This document shows positions 1 to 9,515 of a stretch of 64,000 nt of DNA, piece after piece; within the stretch, counting starts at the first letter, position 1; each line of letters starts with the position of its first letter. Under the pieces are notes generated by a model. That model did not search any database, was not told the origin of the DNA, and saw nothing but the letters and a program-made list of their open reading frames with translations. Origin of the DNA: Xanthobacteraceae bacterium (GTDB lineage Bacteria; Pseudomonadota; Alphaproteobacteria; Rhizobiales; Xanthobacteraceae); the NCBI GenBank assembly GCA_039808405.1, contig JBDHSY010000001.1, positions 2,061 through 66,060 on the forward strand, given 5' to 3'. Position numbers and translations under genes: made by a program.

Positions 1-1578
1 GCCCGGAGCCGGGATGATCTGCTGGATGCGCGGCTCGCCCTTGGTAAGCGTGCCGGTCTTGTCGAAAGCGATCGCATCGAGCGAGCCGAGCAGTTCCAGC
101 GGTGCACCACCCTTGACGAGGACACCACCGCGCGCCGCGCGTGCTACGCCGGAGAGAACTGCGCTGGGGGTGGCGATGGCAAGCGCGCAAGGACTGGCCG
201 CCACCAGCACCGCCATCGAACGGTAAAAGCTGTCACGGAACGGTTCGTCGACCACGACCCAGGCAAACAGCAACACGACCGCCAGCACGAGAACGAGCGG
301 CACGAACACGCGCTCAAAACGATCGGTAAAGCGCTGTGTCGGCGACTTCTGCGTCTCCGCCTCGCTCACCATCTTGACTACCTTGGCCAGCGTGCTTTCG
401 CTCGACAGGCGTGTCACCTCGATTTCGATAAGACCGCTGCCGTTGATCGTCCCTGCAAACACCCGGCTTGCGGTATCGACCCGATCGGGATTGGCGCGCG
501 CCGCCGCATCGTCCATCACGGGCTGCTTGTCGACGGGAATGCTTTCGCCGGTCACGGGCGCCTGGTTGATGGCCGACGTGCCCTTGACGACGAAGCCATC
601 AGCCGCGACGCGCGCATCGGGCTTGACGATGACGGTATCGCCAACCTTCAGCTCGTCGACAGGGATTTCCTCCATTGTGCCGTCCGTTCGCCGGACCGTG
701 GCGGTGCGTGGCGCCAGTTCGGCCAAGGCTTCAATCGCCCGCTTGGCGCGACCCATCGCATAATGCTCGAGCGAATGGCCGAGGCTGAACAGGAACAGAA
801 GCAACGCACCTTCGGCCCAGGCGCCGAGCGCCGCCGCGCCGGCAGCGGCCACCAACATCAACGTGTCGATCTCGAACCGTTTGAGCCGAAGATTGTCGAC
901 CGCTTCCCGCAGCGTATAAAAACCACCGAAGAAATAGGCGGCGATGTAGCAAGCTGTCGGCCACCAGCCCGGCGCGGCGGCCACCAGCTTCTCTATCGAA
1001 AAGCCCGCCACAAGCAGCGCCCCGCAAATCAGTGCGAAAATAAGCTCGCTGTTGTGACCAAAGAGGCCGCCGTGAGCATGATCGTGACCCTCAAGCTCTT
1101 TTACTGGTAGGGCTCCCACGGCAAAGACCCCGACGGATGGGGTTACACCCATGTCAATGAGCGCATCGCGGATCACCCGTTCAGAGCCGCGTTCGCGATC
1201 GAACTCGATCCGCACAAGGCCCGAAGCATTCGCTTCCGCCTCGATCACGCCGGGTAAAGTGCGCAGTCGGTCGCCAATGGTGCGCGCGCGGCGCTGGTGC
1301 GCAATGCCTTCGACTGGCCACAGCACATGGCCGAAGCGTTCGGTGATCGCGGCACCCGCCGCCTGGACGATTTCGCGAATGCGTGGAAGCGGCAGGATGT
1401 CGGGGTCGTAATGGATGCAAAGCTGCGCCGGAGCATCGCCTTTGGCTGCAACGACGTGCGCCTGTTCGATGCCAGGGCGACCGTCAAGATCGGCAATCAG
1501 CCGACCGATACAGCCGTCCGAAGCGTCGGCGACATCGGGTAGTAGCAAGGGAATGTCGAGTTGGAGTGTCGTAGTCAT
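1..1578 (-). CDS. Heavy-metal P1B-type ATPase, N-terminal ~525 aa only (gene runs off the left edge). The SPC membrane motif suggests the P1B-4 (CzcP/Zn-Co-Cd-like) subclass.
   Basis: Absent from the ORF track because no stop lies in the window. My reverse-complement translation from ATG 1578 (AGGAAG 7 nt upstream) stays open to position 1. It reads ...VLVAASPCALAIATP... and ...AFDKTGTLTKGEP (DKTGT at about 49-63). Confidence 0.85.
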   Translation of the reverse strand, partial: MTTTLQLDIPLLLPDVADASDGCIGRLIADLDGRPGIEQAHVVAAKGDAPAQLCIHYDPDILPLPRIREIVQAAGAAITERFGHVLWPVEGIAHQRRARTIGDRLRTLPGVIEAEANASGLVRIEFDRERGSERVIRDALIDMGVTPSVGVFAVGALPVKELEGHDHAHGGLFGHNSELIFALICGALLVAGFSIEKLVAAAPGWWPTACYIAAYFFGGFYTLREAVDNLRLKRFEIDTLMLVAAAGAAALGAWAEGALLLFLFSLGHSLEHYAMGRAKRAIEALAELAPRTATVRRTDGTMEEIPVDELKVGDTVIVKPDARVAADGFVVKGTSAINQAPVTGESIPVDKQPVMDDAAARANPDRVDTASRVFAGTINGSGLIEIEVTRLSSESTLAKVVKMVSEAETQKSPTQRFTDRFERVFVPLVLVLAVVLLFAWVVVDEPFRDSFYRSMAVLVAASPCALAIATPSAVLSGVARAARGGVLVKGGAPLELLGSLDAIAFDKTGTLTKGEPRIQQIIPAPG

Positions 1579-1652
1579 CGCGTATCTTCCTGTCTGTCCA
1601 TCTCAGACCGCCGCCGCCCACTGTCAGGACGGCGGCGGCCGTGATCGGATGA

Positions 1653-4600
1653 TCAATCGGCCGGGATAGCTTCGACTGCGTCCGGGACATTCGTTGCCCG
1701 CTGTTCCGGCAGCTCCGTTTCCCTGCGCCCGTAGCGGGCGTAGAGTGTCGGCAGCACGAACAGGGTGAGCAGCGTCGCTGAGATCAGACCGCCGATCACG
1801 ACAGTCGCGAGCGGCTTCTGCACTTCAGATCCCGCACCAGTGGCAATGGCCATGGGCACGAACCCGAGCGAGGCGACGAGCGCCGTCATCACCACGGGTC
1901 GCAACCGCATCATGGCGCCTTCACGAGCGGCCTTTGCCCGGTCCATGCCGCTCGCCATCAGCCCTTGGATAGACGTCACCATCACCAGGCCGTTGAGAAC
2001 CGCGATGCCGGACAGCGCAATGAAGCCCACCGCCGCCGAGATTGAGAACGGCATACCTCTCAGGAACAGCGCCAGCACGCCGCCAACTAGCGCCATTGGC
2101 ACGCCCGTGAACACGATCGCGGCGTCGCGAACGCTACCCAATGCGCCGTAGAGCAGCAGGATGATCAGCGCGAAGCAGGCGGGAACGACCAGCATCAGCT
2201 TCTTGGTGGCCGACTGGAGATTCTCGAACTGCCCGCCCCAATCGAGATACTGGCCGGCAGCGAGGCGCACGTCCTTGTCGATCACTTCCTGGGCATCGGC
2301 GACAACACTTGCAACGTCGCGGCCACGCACATTGGCCTGCACGACGACACGCCGCTTGCCGTTCTCGCGGCTGATCTGGTTGGGACCGTCCGTCACGCCG
2401 ATGTCTGCTATGCTTTGCAAAGGCACGTACCCACCATTCGGCAGGGGAACGGGAACCTGCGCCAGCGTCTGGAAATCGGCGCGCGCCGCGTCCGACAAAC
2501 GGATAGTAACGGCAAAGCGCCGGTCGCCTTCGAAGATCATGCCAGCATCCCGTCCACCGATTGCGGCGGAGACCGTGTCCTGCACCGTTTGAGCGGTAAT
2601 GCCGAGCCTCGACATGATGTCGCGGCGAGGGCGGATGTCGAGCATCGGAAGCCCCTCCGTTTGCTCGACCCGGACATCGACCGCTCCTTCAGTCTGGCGG
2701 AGGATCGCCGCGATCCTGTTGGCGGTGTCGTTCATGGCGTCGAAATCATCGCCGAACACCTTGACCGCGACGTCGCCGCGCACTCCGGCGATCAGCTCGT
2801 TGAAGCGCATCTGGATCGGCTGGGTGATCTCGAACGCACCGCCCGGAATGCTTTCGAGGACAGTTTCGACCTTGGCGATCAGCGCGGCCCTGGACAATCG
2901 GCTATCCGGCCATTCATCCTTTGGCTTCATAATGATGAAGGTGTCAGAGATGTTGGGCGGCATCGGGTCGGCCGCGAGTTCCGCCGTGCCCGTCTTGGAG
3001 AAAACGAACCGCACTTCCGGCAGTTTTGCGATCTCCCGCTCGATCCGCAATTGCATCGCCTGGCTCTGATCGATCGACGTTCCGGGAACCCGCAGAATCT
3101 GCGCGGTCAGGTCGCCCTCGTCGAGCTGGGGAAGGAACTCCTGCCCCAGGAACGAGAAGGTCAGGATCGCCGCCAGAAAGGCGCCAACGCCAACACCCAT
3201 GGTAAGTGAAGGTCGTTTCATCGCCTTGTCGAGGCCTGGCTCATATTTGCGCTTGAGCCAGGACATGATGCGTCCTTCTTTCTCCTCGACCGGCTTCGAT
3301 AGCCAGATGGCCAGCATCGCCGGAATAAAGGTCAGGGAGAGGACGAAGGCCGAGACCAGCGCCATGATGACGGTCAGCGCCATGGGCGTGAAGGTTTTGC
3401 CCTCAACGCCGCTCAACGTGAGCAGCGGCACATAGACAAGGATGATGATGGCTTGCCCGAACACGGTCGGGCGGATCATCTCGCGCGCGGCCTGGGCAAC
3501 CACCGACAGGCGTTCTTCAAGCGTGAGCGTTCGGCCGTAGTGATGCTGCCGTTCAGCGATGCGACGCAGCGCGTTCTCGACAATGATGACCGCGCCATCG
3601 ACGATAAGGCCGAAGTCCAGCGCCCCGAGACTCATGAGATTTGCCGAAACACCGCCTTGCAGCATCCCGAAGCTGGTCATCAGCATGGTGATCGGGATCA
3701 CCAGCGCCGCGATTAATGCCGCCCGGAAATTACCGAGGAGCAGAAAGAGCACGACGATGACGAGCAACGCACCCTCGGTCAGGTTCTTCGCGACCGTCTT
3801 GATCGTGGAATTGACCAGCGCGGTGCGGTCGAGCACCGGCTGTATCGCGACGTCGGTTGGCAATGATGCGTTGATCTCTTCAAGCCGCTCGGCGACAGCC
3901 GAGGCAACCGTCCGGCTGTTCTCGCCGATCCGCATGATGGCGGTTCCGACGACGACTTCCTTGCCGTTCTCGGAGGCCGAACCGGAGCGGATGGCCTGAC
4001 CGAGGCGCACCTGCGCCACCTGATCGAGGCGGATAGGCACGCCTTCGCGCGTGGCGATGACGGTGCTGGCCAGCTCCCCGATGTTGCGGATGCGCGCGTC
4101 CGAGCGAACGGCCAGCCCCTCACCACCGCGATCGACGACGCCTGCGCCTACGCCGACATTGTTCGCTTCGAGCGCGCGGGCGAGATCGGTGAGGTTCATG
4201 CCCAACGCGGCAAGCCGCTGCACGTTAGGGATTACCTGAAACTGCTTCACATAGCCGCCGATCGTATCGACGCCAGCCACGCCGGCTGTGTTCTTGAGCA
4301 GTGGTGCGACGATCCAGTCCTGCGCGGTGCGCAGATAGGTCGCCTTGTCAGCTTCGGTGATGAGTCGATCGCCTTCCGGCGTGATGTAGCTACCGTCCGG
4401 CTGAATACCGGGTTCACCCGGTTTGTGGGCGTCCTCCTTGCGATGTTCGAAATGGACCGTCCACATATAGACTTCGCCCAGCCCGGTCGCGACCGGCCCC
4501 ATGGTCGGCGTGGCGCCTTCGGGCAGGCTTTCTTCGGCGACACGTAGCCGCTCGGCGACCTGCTGACGCGCAAAGTAGATGTCGGTCGATTCAGAGAAGA

Positions 4601-4892
4601 CGGCCGTGACCTGGGCAAAACCATTTCGGCTCAGCGAACGTGTGTATTCAAGCCCCGGAACACCCGCCAGCGCGGTTTCGATGGGAAAGGCGACTTGCGT
4701 CTCGACCAATTCGGGCGAGAGCGCCGGTGCGGTGATGTTGACCTGCACCTGATTGTTGGTGATGTCGGGAACGGCATCGATCGGCAGGCGACTGATCGCC
4801 CAGCCTCCGATCACCATGGCGATGAGCGTCATGAGCAGGATGAACCAGCGACGCTCGACGGAAAATGTGACGATACGGTCGATCATGATCAA
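1653..4892 (-). CDS. czcA: RND heavy-metal efflux pump, CzcA family (divalent-cation HME type)
   Basis: 1079-aa ORF with 12-TM RND architecture. It carries the divalent HME signature GALDFGLIVDGAVIIVEN and overlaps the upstream MFP gene by 4 nt. Confidence 0.9.
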   Translation of the reverse strand: MIMIDRIVTFSVERRWFILLMTLIAMVIGGWAISRLPIDAVPDITNNQVQVNITAPALSPELVETQVAFPIETALAGVPGLEYTRSLSRNGFAQVTAVFSESTDIYFARQQVAERLRVAEESLPEGATPTMGPVATGLGEVYMWTVHFEHRKEDAHKPGEPGIQPDGSYITPEGDRLITEADKATYLRTAQDWIVAPLLKNTAGVAGVDTIGGYVKQFQVIPNVQRLAALGMNLTDLARALEANNVGVGAGVVDRGGEGLAVRSDARIRNIGELASTVIATREGVPIRLDQVAQVRLGQAIRSGSASENGKEVVVGTAIMRIGENSRTVASAVAERLEEINASLPTDVAIQPVLDRTALVNSTIKTVAKNLTEGALLVIVVLFLLLGNFRAALIAALVIPITMLMTSFGMLQGGVSANLMSLGALDFGLIVDGAVIIVENALRRIAERQHHYGRTLTLEERLSVVAQAAREMIRPTVFGQAIIILVYVPLLTLSGVEGKTFTPMALTVIMALVSAFVLSLTFIPAMLAIWLSKPVEEKEGRIMSWLKRKYEPGLDKAMKRPSLTMGVGVGAFLAAILTFSFLGQEFLPQLDEGDLTAQILRVPGTSIDQSQAMQLRIEREIAKLPEVRFVFSKTGTAELAADPMPPNISDTFIIMKPKDEWPDSRLSRAALIAKVETVLESIPGGAFEITQPIQMRFNELIAGVRGDVAVKVFGDDFDAMNDTANRIAAILRQTEGAVDVRVEQTEGLPMLDIRPRRDIMSRLGITAQTVQDTVSAAIGGRDAGMIFEGDRRFAVTIRLSDAARADFQTLAQVPVPLPNGGYVPLQSIADIGVTDGPNQISRENGKRRVVVQANVRGRDVASVVADAQEVIDKDVRLAAGQYLDWGGQFENLQSATKKLMLVVPACFALIILLLYGALGSVRDAAIVFTGVPMALVGGVLALFLRGMPFSISAAVGFIALSGIAVLNGLVMVTSIQGLMASGMDRAKAAREGAMMRLRPVVMTALVASLGFVPMAIATGAGSEVQKPLATVVIGGLISATLLTLFVLPTLYARYGRRETELPEQRATNVPDAVEAIPAD

Positions 4893-6046
4893 TGTCCGTG
4901 CTCCGCTTCGCCCTTGCCTAGCTCTGCCTTGAGGGTGAAGCTGTTCGGCCCGGCGATCTGCTCGTCACCCTTGAGTCCCGACATAACCACCACATTGTCG
5001 CCGCTTGGGTTTCCAAGCGTGACGGGCGTGGCCTTGAAGCCGTCATCGGTGCGGACGAATACCGTGGGCCGCCCCTCAACCGTCTGGATCGCGCTTTGCG
5101 GGACGAGCACCGATCCGGCACCGCCGTCCGGCAGCCGGATCGACGCCGTCACCGGCTCACCGACGCGCCACTGGCCTGAGCGGTTGTCGACGATGGCGAT
5201 CACGGTGGCGAGGCGCGTCGTCTCGTCGAGGATTGGCGAGACGAAATCGACCCGTGCCGCCGACCTGCGATCGCCGGAGACGATCTCGATCTCGGAGCCG
5301 GGCCGCACTTTGCCGGCATCAGCCGGGGACAAGGCAAGCGTGACCGCAACGCGGGAGAGGTTTGCCACGCGAAACAGCTCGGCGTCCGCAGCGACGGTCT
5401 GACCGAGCGTCACGTTTCGGGATACAATCTGTCCGGCGATCGGAGCGGTGATGGCAATGCGATTGAGCGCACCGCCGCCGCCGCCAGCCGCTGCGACTTG
5501 CTGCCGGGCAAGCCGCAGGGCTATCTGAGCCTCCGTCGCGGCCGTGCGTGCGGCGATCAGGTCCTGTTCGGGCGAAACCCGCTCATTGAACAGCCTCTGC
5601 TCGCGGCTCAGGTTCGATTCCGCGAGCGCCAGCCGCGCCCGCGCCGCTTCGATCTCGGCATTGAGCGACGCAGCCTCGCGGCTCTCGATAATCGCCAGCG
5701 TCTGCCCACGCCCGATCGACTGGCCAAGATTACGGGTCAGGGAGACGACGCGGCCGCCGATAGCGGCGGACACAACCTGCATCCCCTGCGGGTCGCCTTC
5801 GATCGTTGCGGGTAATGTCAGCGCGCCCCCGCCACTACGGATGATGCGGACAAGCTCGATACCAGCCTTGGCGATCTGCTCGGCGCTAAGGTTGATCTCG
5901 CCTTCTTTTTCAGCGTGGCCAGCCTCTTCACCGGCAGCAGTATTTTCGGTGTCTTCCGGGAGCGTTTCGCCACTGGAGCAACCCGCCACAAGCAATGCGG
6001 CGAGGGTCAGCGGCAGCGCCGCTTTCAGATAGAACTTCATGATCAA
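4889..6046 (-). CDS. czcB: RND membrane fusion protein (CzcB-like), lipoprotein-type signal (LVAGC)
   Basis: 385-aa ORF with HlyD/MFP-like coiled-coil and beta-barrel regions. It is translationally coupled to both neighbours. Confidence 0.85.
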   Translation of the reverse strand: MIMKFYLKAALPLTLAALLVAGCSSGETLPEDTENTAAGEEAGHAEKEGEINLSAEQIAKAGIELVRIIRSGGGALTLPATIEGDPQGMQVVSAAIGGRVVSLTRNLGQSIGRGQTLAIIESREAASLNAEIEAARARLALAESNLSREQRLFNERVSPEQDLIAARTAATEAQIALRLARQQVAAAGGGGGALNRIAITAPIAGQIVSRNVTLGQTVAADAELFRVANLSRVAVTLALSPADAGKVRPGSEIEIVSGDRRSAARVDFVSPILDETTRLATVIAIVDNRSGQWRVGEPVTASIRLPDGGAGSVLVPQSAIQTVEGRPTVFVRTDDGFKATPVTLGNPSGDNVVVMSGLKGDEQIAGPNSFTLKAELGKGEAEHGH

Positions 6047-7308
6047 TTCCCCTGTTCGGGCGCGGGAGCGGTCAGGCGCTCAAGCCGTGCCCTGGCGTTC
6101 TGATAGGCGACGAGCGCGTCGATCGCGGCCAGCCTGATCTCGGCCAGCGTCCGTTCGGCATCAAGAAGATCGAGCTGACCGAACTTTCCCTCGCGATAGC
6201 CGATCCGCGCGATGCGGGCGGCTTCCTGGGCGGCCGCCAGCGCGGGACCATTGGCCGTCCGCGCATTGGTGCCGGCATTGTCCGCTTCCGTCCGGACATC
6301 GAGGATTGCTTGCTGGACATCGAGCGCGGTCATGCGGCGCTGTGCTTCGGCACGATTGCGCTCGGCGCTGGCCTGCCCAACGGCAGCTCTGCCGCTGTTG
6401 AAAAGCGGAATCGGAACCGAAATGCTGAACAGCGCGGCGGTATCATCAGACTCCGAGAACCGCCGCACACCTGGCCCGACCGTGATGTCGGGAGTGCGCT
6501 GCGATCTGGCCAGCCGAACGCCTGCATCGGCAACCGCAAGGTCTGCGTCGGCAGCGGCGAGCGCCAATGTGCCTTCCGCAATGGGCGTCAGGCGTGGACC
6601 ATTGGTGGCTGGCAGATTGTCGAGAGCAGTCGGATCAAGTTGTCCCGTTACAGGCCGCCCGATCCTGCGACCGAGATTGAGACGCGCGGCATCAAGCAGG
6701 CGCCGTGCATTCTCGGCCGCCGCCTCGGCATTGAGGCGGGTGACGTCCGCGCGCTGTTCCTCGATCGGTGAAGCGCGTCCGGCCCGAACACGCACGCGAG
6801 CCGCGTTAAGCGCTTCGCTCGCGATGCGTGCCTGGTCGAGGGCCGTCGCTAACCGGCGGTCGGCAGCCACCGCGTTGATATATAATTCGGTGACTTGAAG
6901 GCGAATGTCCGCCTCGGTGATCGCGGCGGCGAGCCGGACTCGCGTCGTCCGGGCATCGGCAACAGCAATCCGTGCCGATCGTTTGCCACCAAGCTCAATC
7001 GGGATAGAGAGCCCAACGGTCATCTCTGCGCCCCGGAAGCCGCTATAAGGGCCGGTGCCAACAACATTCTCGACTTCTGTTGTGACGGTGGGATTGGGGC
7101 GCAGGCCCGCAACTGTCCGGGCCGCCTCGGCCGCCGTGATGTCGGCGCGCGCTGCGTCTGCCGCCGGAGCGCTGCCCCCCGCTGCCGCAACCGCTTGGTC
7201 AAGGGTAAGCGGTGGTCCCGCTGAGGGAACTGCCGAGACTATATCCTGTGCCTGCGCCACGGAGACGCAAGACACGGCAGCCAGCAAGGCTGCAAACATT
7301 CTGTGCAT
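6043..7308 (-). CDS. czcC: Outer membrane efflux factor (CzcC/TolC family)
   Basis: 421-aa ORF with a signal peptide and two TolC-like repeats. It is the first large gene of the CBA operon. Confidence 0.85.
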   Translation of the reverse strand: MHRMFAALLAAVSCVSVAQAQDIVSAVPSAGPPLTLDQAVAAAGGSAPAADAARADITAAEAARTVAGLRPNPTVTTEVENVVGTGPYSGFRGAEMTVGLSIPIELGGKRSARIAVADARTTRVRLAAAITEADIRLQVTELYINAVAADRRLATALDQARIASEALNAARVRVRAGRASPIEEQRADVTRLNAEAAAENARRLLDAARLNLGRRIGRPVTGQLDPTALDNLPATNGPRLTPIAEGTLALAAADADLAVADAGVRLARSQRTPDITVGPGVRRFSESDDTAALFSISVPIPLFNSGRAAVGQASAERNRAEAQRRMTALDVQQAILDVRTEADNAGTNARTANGPALAAAQEAARIARIGYREGKFGQLDLLDAERTLAEIRLAAIDALVAYQNARARLERLTAPAPEQGN

Positions 7309-7384
7309 GTTGATTTTCCTGATTGAAACGAATCAGGCTCGCCGCCTCGCATTGCGAGGCTCAGACGACCCGCTTACCGATCAA

Positions 7385-7714
7385 TCAGGCGTTGGGAGGT
7401 CGCAACGCGGGGTCGACTGACCATCGCGCAAAGGCATCGGAAGCCGGAAAATGGAACTTGGATGACGCCCCATCCATCAAGGCGTGGGATGGACCGGAAA
7501 CAGGGGCAACAAGGCAATGGCCATGGCAACTGCCATGATGGTGCGGCACACCCCTATCGGAGTCGCCGGGTGACTGATCTGCGTCGCCATCGCTATGGAT
7601 TTCGCCCGAACAGTCGAGCGTTCCGGCGATTGAAAACTCGCTCGCATGCACCGTCGTCGACACAACTAGTGACGTCATCAGAAGGCAAAAAAGGAGCAGG
7701 CTCCGGCGCAGCAT
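7385..7714 (-). CDS. Small exported Cys/His-motif protein heading the czcCBA operon (family member 1 of 3 in this window)
   Basis: Internal ATG at 7714 of the 244-aa track ORF gives a 109-aa protein, MLRRSLLLFCLLMTSLVV..., with a signal peptide. It has an HHHGSCHGHC motif and a Pro-rich C-terminus (RPPNA). Confidence 0.6.
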   Translation of the reverse strand: MLRRSLLLFCLLMTSLVVSTTVHASEFSIAGTLDCSGEIHSDGDADQSPGDSDRGVPHHHGSCHGHCLVAPVSGPSHALMDGASSKFHFPASDAFARWSVDPALRPPNA

Positions 7715-7857
7715 GGCTATCCCATAGCCGTTGATACTCTTTCTGTCATCTGAAAGCCTGGACAGAAGCCGTGACGCCTTGCCCCGATTGACAAGTTTTG
7801 CGCTACAAGCCCAAGCTTTCTCCGAACGGTTGGGGCTGTTGCTGTTCCCGATCATTC

Positions 7858-8709
7858 TCATGCGCGGCCGACCTGTGCGAGTTCTCGCCGCGCATCGCGT
7901 ATGATCGACCAGGCAGATTGCAGGAACAGTGCTGCGACCACGAACGCCATAAGCAGATCGGGCCAGGTCGAGTCTAGCCACCAGACAAGGCCGGCCGCAG
8001 CGACCACCGCGAGATTTCCGATCGCATCGTTGCGCGAGAACAACCACACGGCGCGCACGTTGGCATCGCCCTTCCTGTGCGGGATCAGCACTACGGCTGC
8101 GAGAATGTTTACGACGCAAGCCACCAGCGCAAATCCAGCCATCAGCAGAGTTTGCGGCTCATATTCGGCAAACACGCGATAAACAGTGGAGCCGATGACG
8201 CCGAGGCCAAGCAGAGCCAGGAAAATGCCTTGTAGCAGCGCTGCCCGAGCACGGGCCACAAGACCCCATCCGATTGCAATTAGCCCCAGGAAAGAAATGA
8301 GACCATCGCCAATGAAGTCGAGAGCATCTGCCTGCAAGGCTTGAGATCCAGCCAGGAAACTCCCTGCAATCTGCACCACGCCATAGCCGGCGTTGAGCAG
8401 CACGACGATCCACAAGGCGCGCTTGTATGCGGGATTGACGTGCGTCAGATCGGGAATATGGCCATCATCCTCCCCCTCGGCAGTGCCGAGACGATCGAGT
8501 TGATAGCCAAGGCTCTGCACCGATGCCTCCACCTGTCGCAGATTCTTTGCCGGATCATTGATATCGAGGGTCATAACCTGGGTAGCGATCGACACGCTAA
8601 CATCCCGGACGCCTTCGACCTTACGCGCCGTGCCCTCGATCTTCGCGGCACAGGACGAACAATCCATGCCGGCGACGGCATAGCGGATTAGGTCGGCGTT
8701 GGCCCTCAT
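7858..8709 (-). CDS. HMA-domain / cation-diffusion-facilitator membrane-domain fusion transporter, without a C-terminal cytoplasmic domain
   Basis: The N-terminus carries GMDCSSCAAKIEG (CxxC HMA fold). Six predicted TM helices follow, with ADALDFIGD and SRNDAIGN motifs. The protein ends about 20 aa after the last TM. Confidence 0.8.
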   Translation of the reverse strand: MRANADLIRYAVAGMDCSSCAAKIEGTARKVEGVRDVSVSIATQVMTLDINDPAKNLRQVEASVQSLGYQLDRLGTAEGEDDGHIPDLTHVNPAYKRALWIVVLLNAGYGVVQIAGSFLAGSQALQADALDFIGDGLISFLGLIAIGWGLVARARAALLQGIFLALLGLGVIGSTVYRVFAEYEPQTLLMAGFALVACVVNILAAVVLIPHRKGDANVRAVWLFSRNDAIGNLAVVAAAGLVWWLDSTWPDLLMAFVVAALFLQSAWSIIRDARRELAQVGRA

Positions 8710-8739
8710 AGCTTCCTCGATTCTCTGTTCTGAGGGCGC

Positions 8740-8766
8740 TACAATCTGTAGCGACTACAGGAGCAA
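8740..8766 (-). promoter_or_regulatory. MerR-type operator/promoter for the HMA-CDF gene
   Basis: Perfect dyad CTGTAG-CGA-CTACAG at 8746-8760. On the minus strand it reads TTGCTC-CTGTAGTCGCTACAGATTG-TAGCGC (-35, 19-nt spacer, weak -10). It lies in the 65-bp gap between divergent genes. Confidence 0.55.
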
Positions 8767-8774
8767 GAGAAAAA

Positions 8775-9242
8775 ATGCAGATTGGCGAATTATCCGCTCG
8801 TTCAGGCGTGAACATCGAAACAATCCGGTATTACGAGCGCATCGGAGTTTTGCCTCAACCTGTCCGCCAATCGAACGGCAGACGCAGCTATGGCGAGGTC
8901 GACGCGCAACGGCTTGGCTTTGTCCGCCATGCCCGCGATCTTGGTTTCGATCTGTCAGCGGTGCGGACGCTTCTGGCTTTGCAGGAGCAGCCGGAAGCAT
9001 CTTGTGAAAATGCAAGCAAGATTGCGCGAGGGCAACTTGAAGCGGTCGAGGAACGCATCGACCGCTTACTCAAGCTGCGGGACGAACTCGCTCGCATGGT
9101 AGATGAGTGTAGCCGTGGCGTGGTTTCAGAGTGCCGTGTGATCGAGACGTTAGCAAACCCAGTCGGGGAGGGCTTATCAAGGCTGGGTCGCGGAAGGAAT
9201 ATCGCGAATACATTTGGTAGTCGGTGGTCGCGCGACCCTTGA
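8775..9242 (+). CDS. MerR-family metal-responsive regulator (CadR/ZntR/PbrR-like)
   Basis: N-terminal HTH MQIGELSARSGVNIETIRYYERIGVL, a coiled-coil region, and Cys residues (ASCEN, DECSRGVVSEC). It is divergent from the HMA-CDF gene. Confidence 0.85.
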   Translation: MQIGELSARSGVNIETIRYYERIGVLPQPVRQSNGRRSYGEVDAQRLGFVRHARDLGFDLSAVRTLLALQEQPEASCENASKIARGQLEAVEERIDRLLKLRDELARMVDECSRGVVSECRVIETLANPVGEGLSRLGRGRNIANTFGSRWSRDP

Positions 9243-9515
9243 ACGTGGAATTAGGGGCCAATGAGCTTCCGAAGCGAGTCAAGGGGGCGACCGGAGATGA
9301 CGCGAAATGCTCCTCGCGCTCCGGCCTGGCCCAGACGAGAACGTTGTGCATTGATATTAGGCTGGAATCCGAACCAGCGCTGGAACGCGCCGGGATTGTC
9401 GAGCGCTTTTTAGACGACCGAGGACGCCATCCAGAAATTACAGGCGCACTTCTGACGTCCCCACCCACTCAGATACCTCCATAATAAACTACAAAGCCTT
9501 GTGGTTGAAGGCACG

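Noticed and set aside
7385-8119. 244-aa track ORF upstream of czcC
   Set aside because: Its N-terminal 135 aa are Arg-rich and overlap the CDF gene in another frame. The internal ATG at 7714 yields a signal-peptide protein that matches two paralogues elsewhere in the window.
9070-9484. ORFs of 132 aa (-) and 86 aa (+) in the gap between the MerR-family gene and copB
   Set aside because: No motif, no start context, and the two ORFs overlap each other. The gap may hold a decayed gene, but I cannot support any call. I looked for a transposase remnant and did not recognise one.
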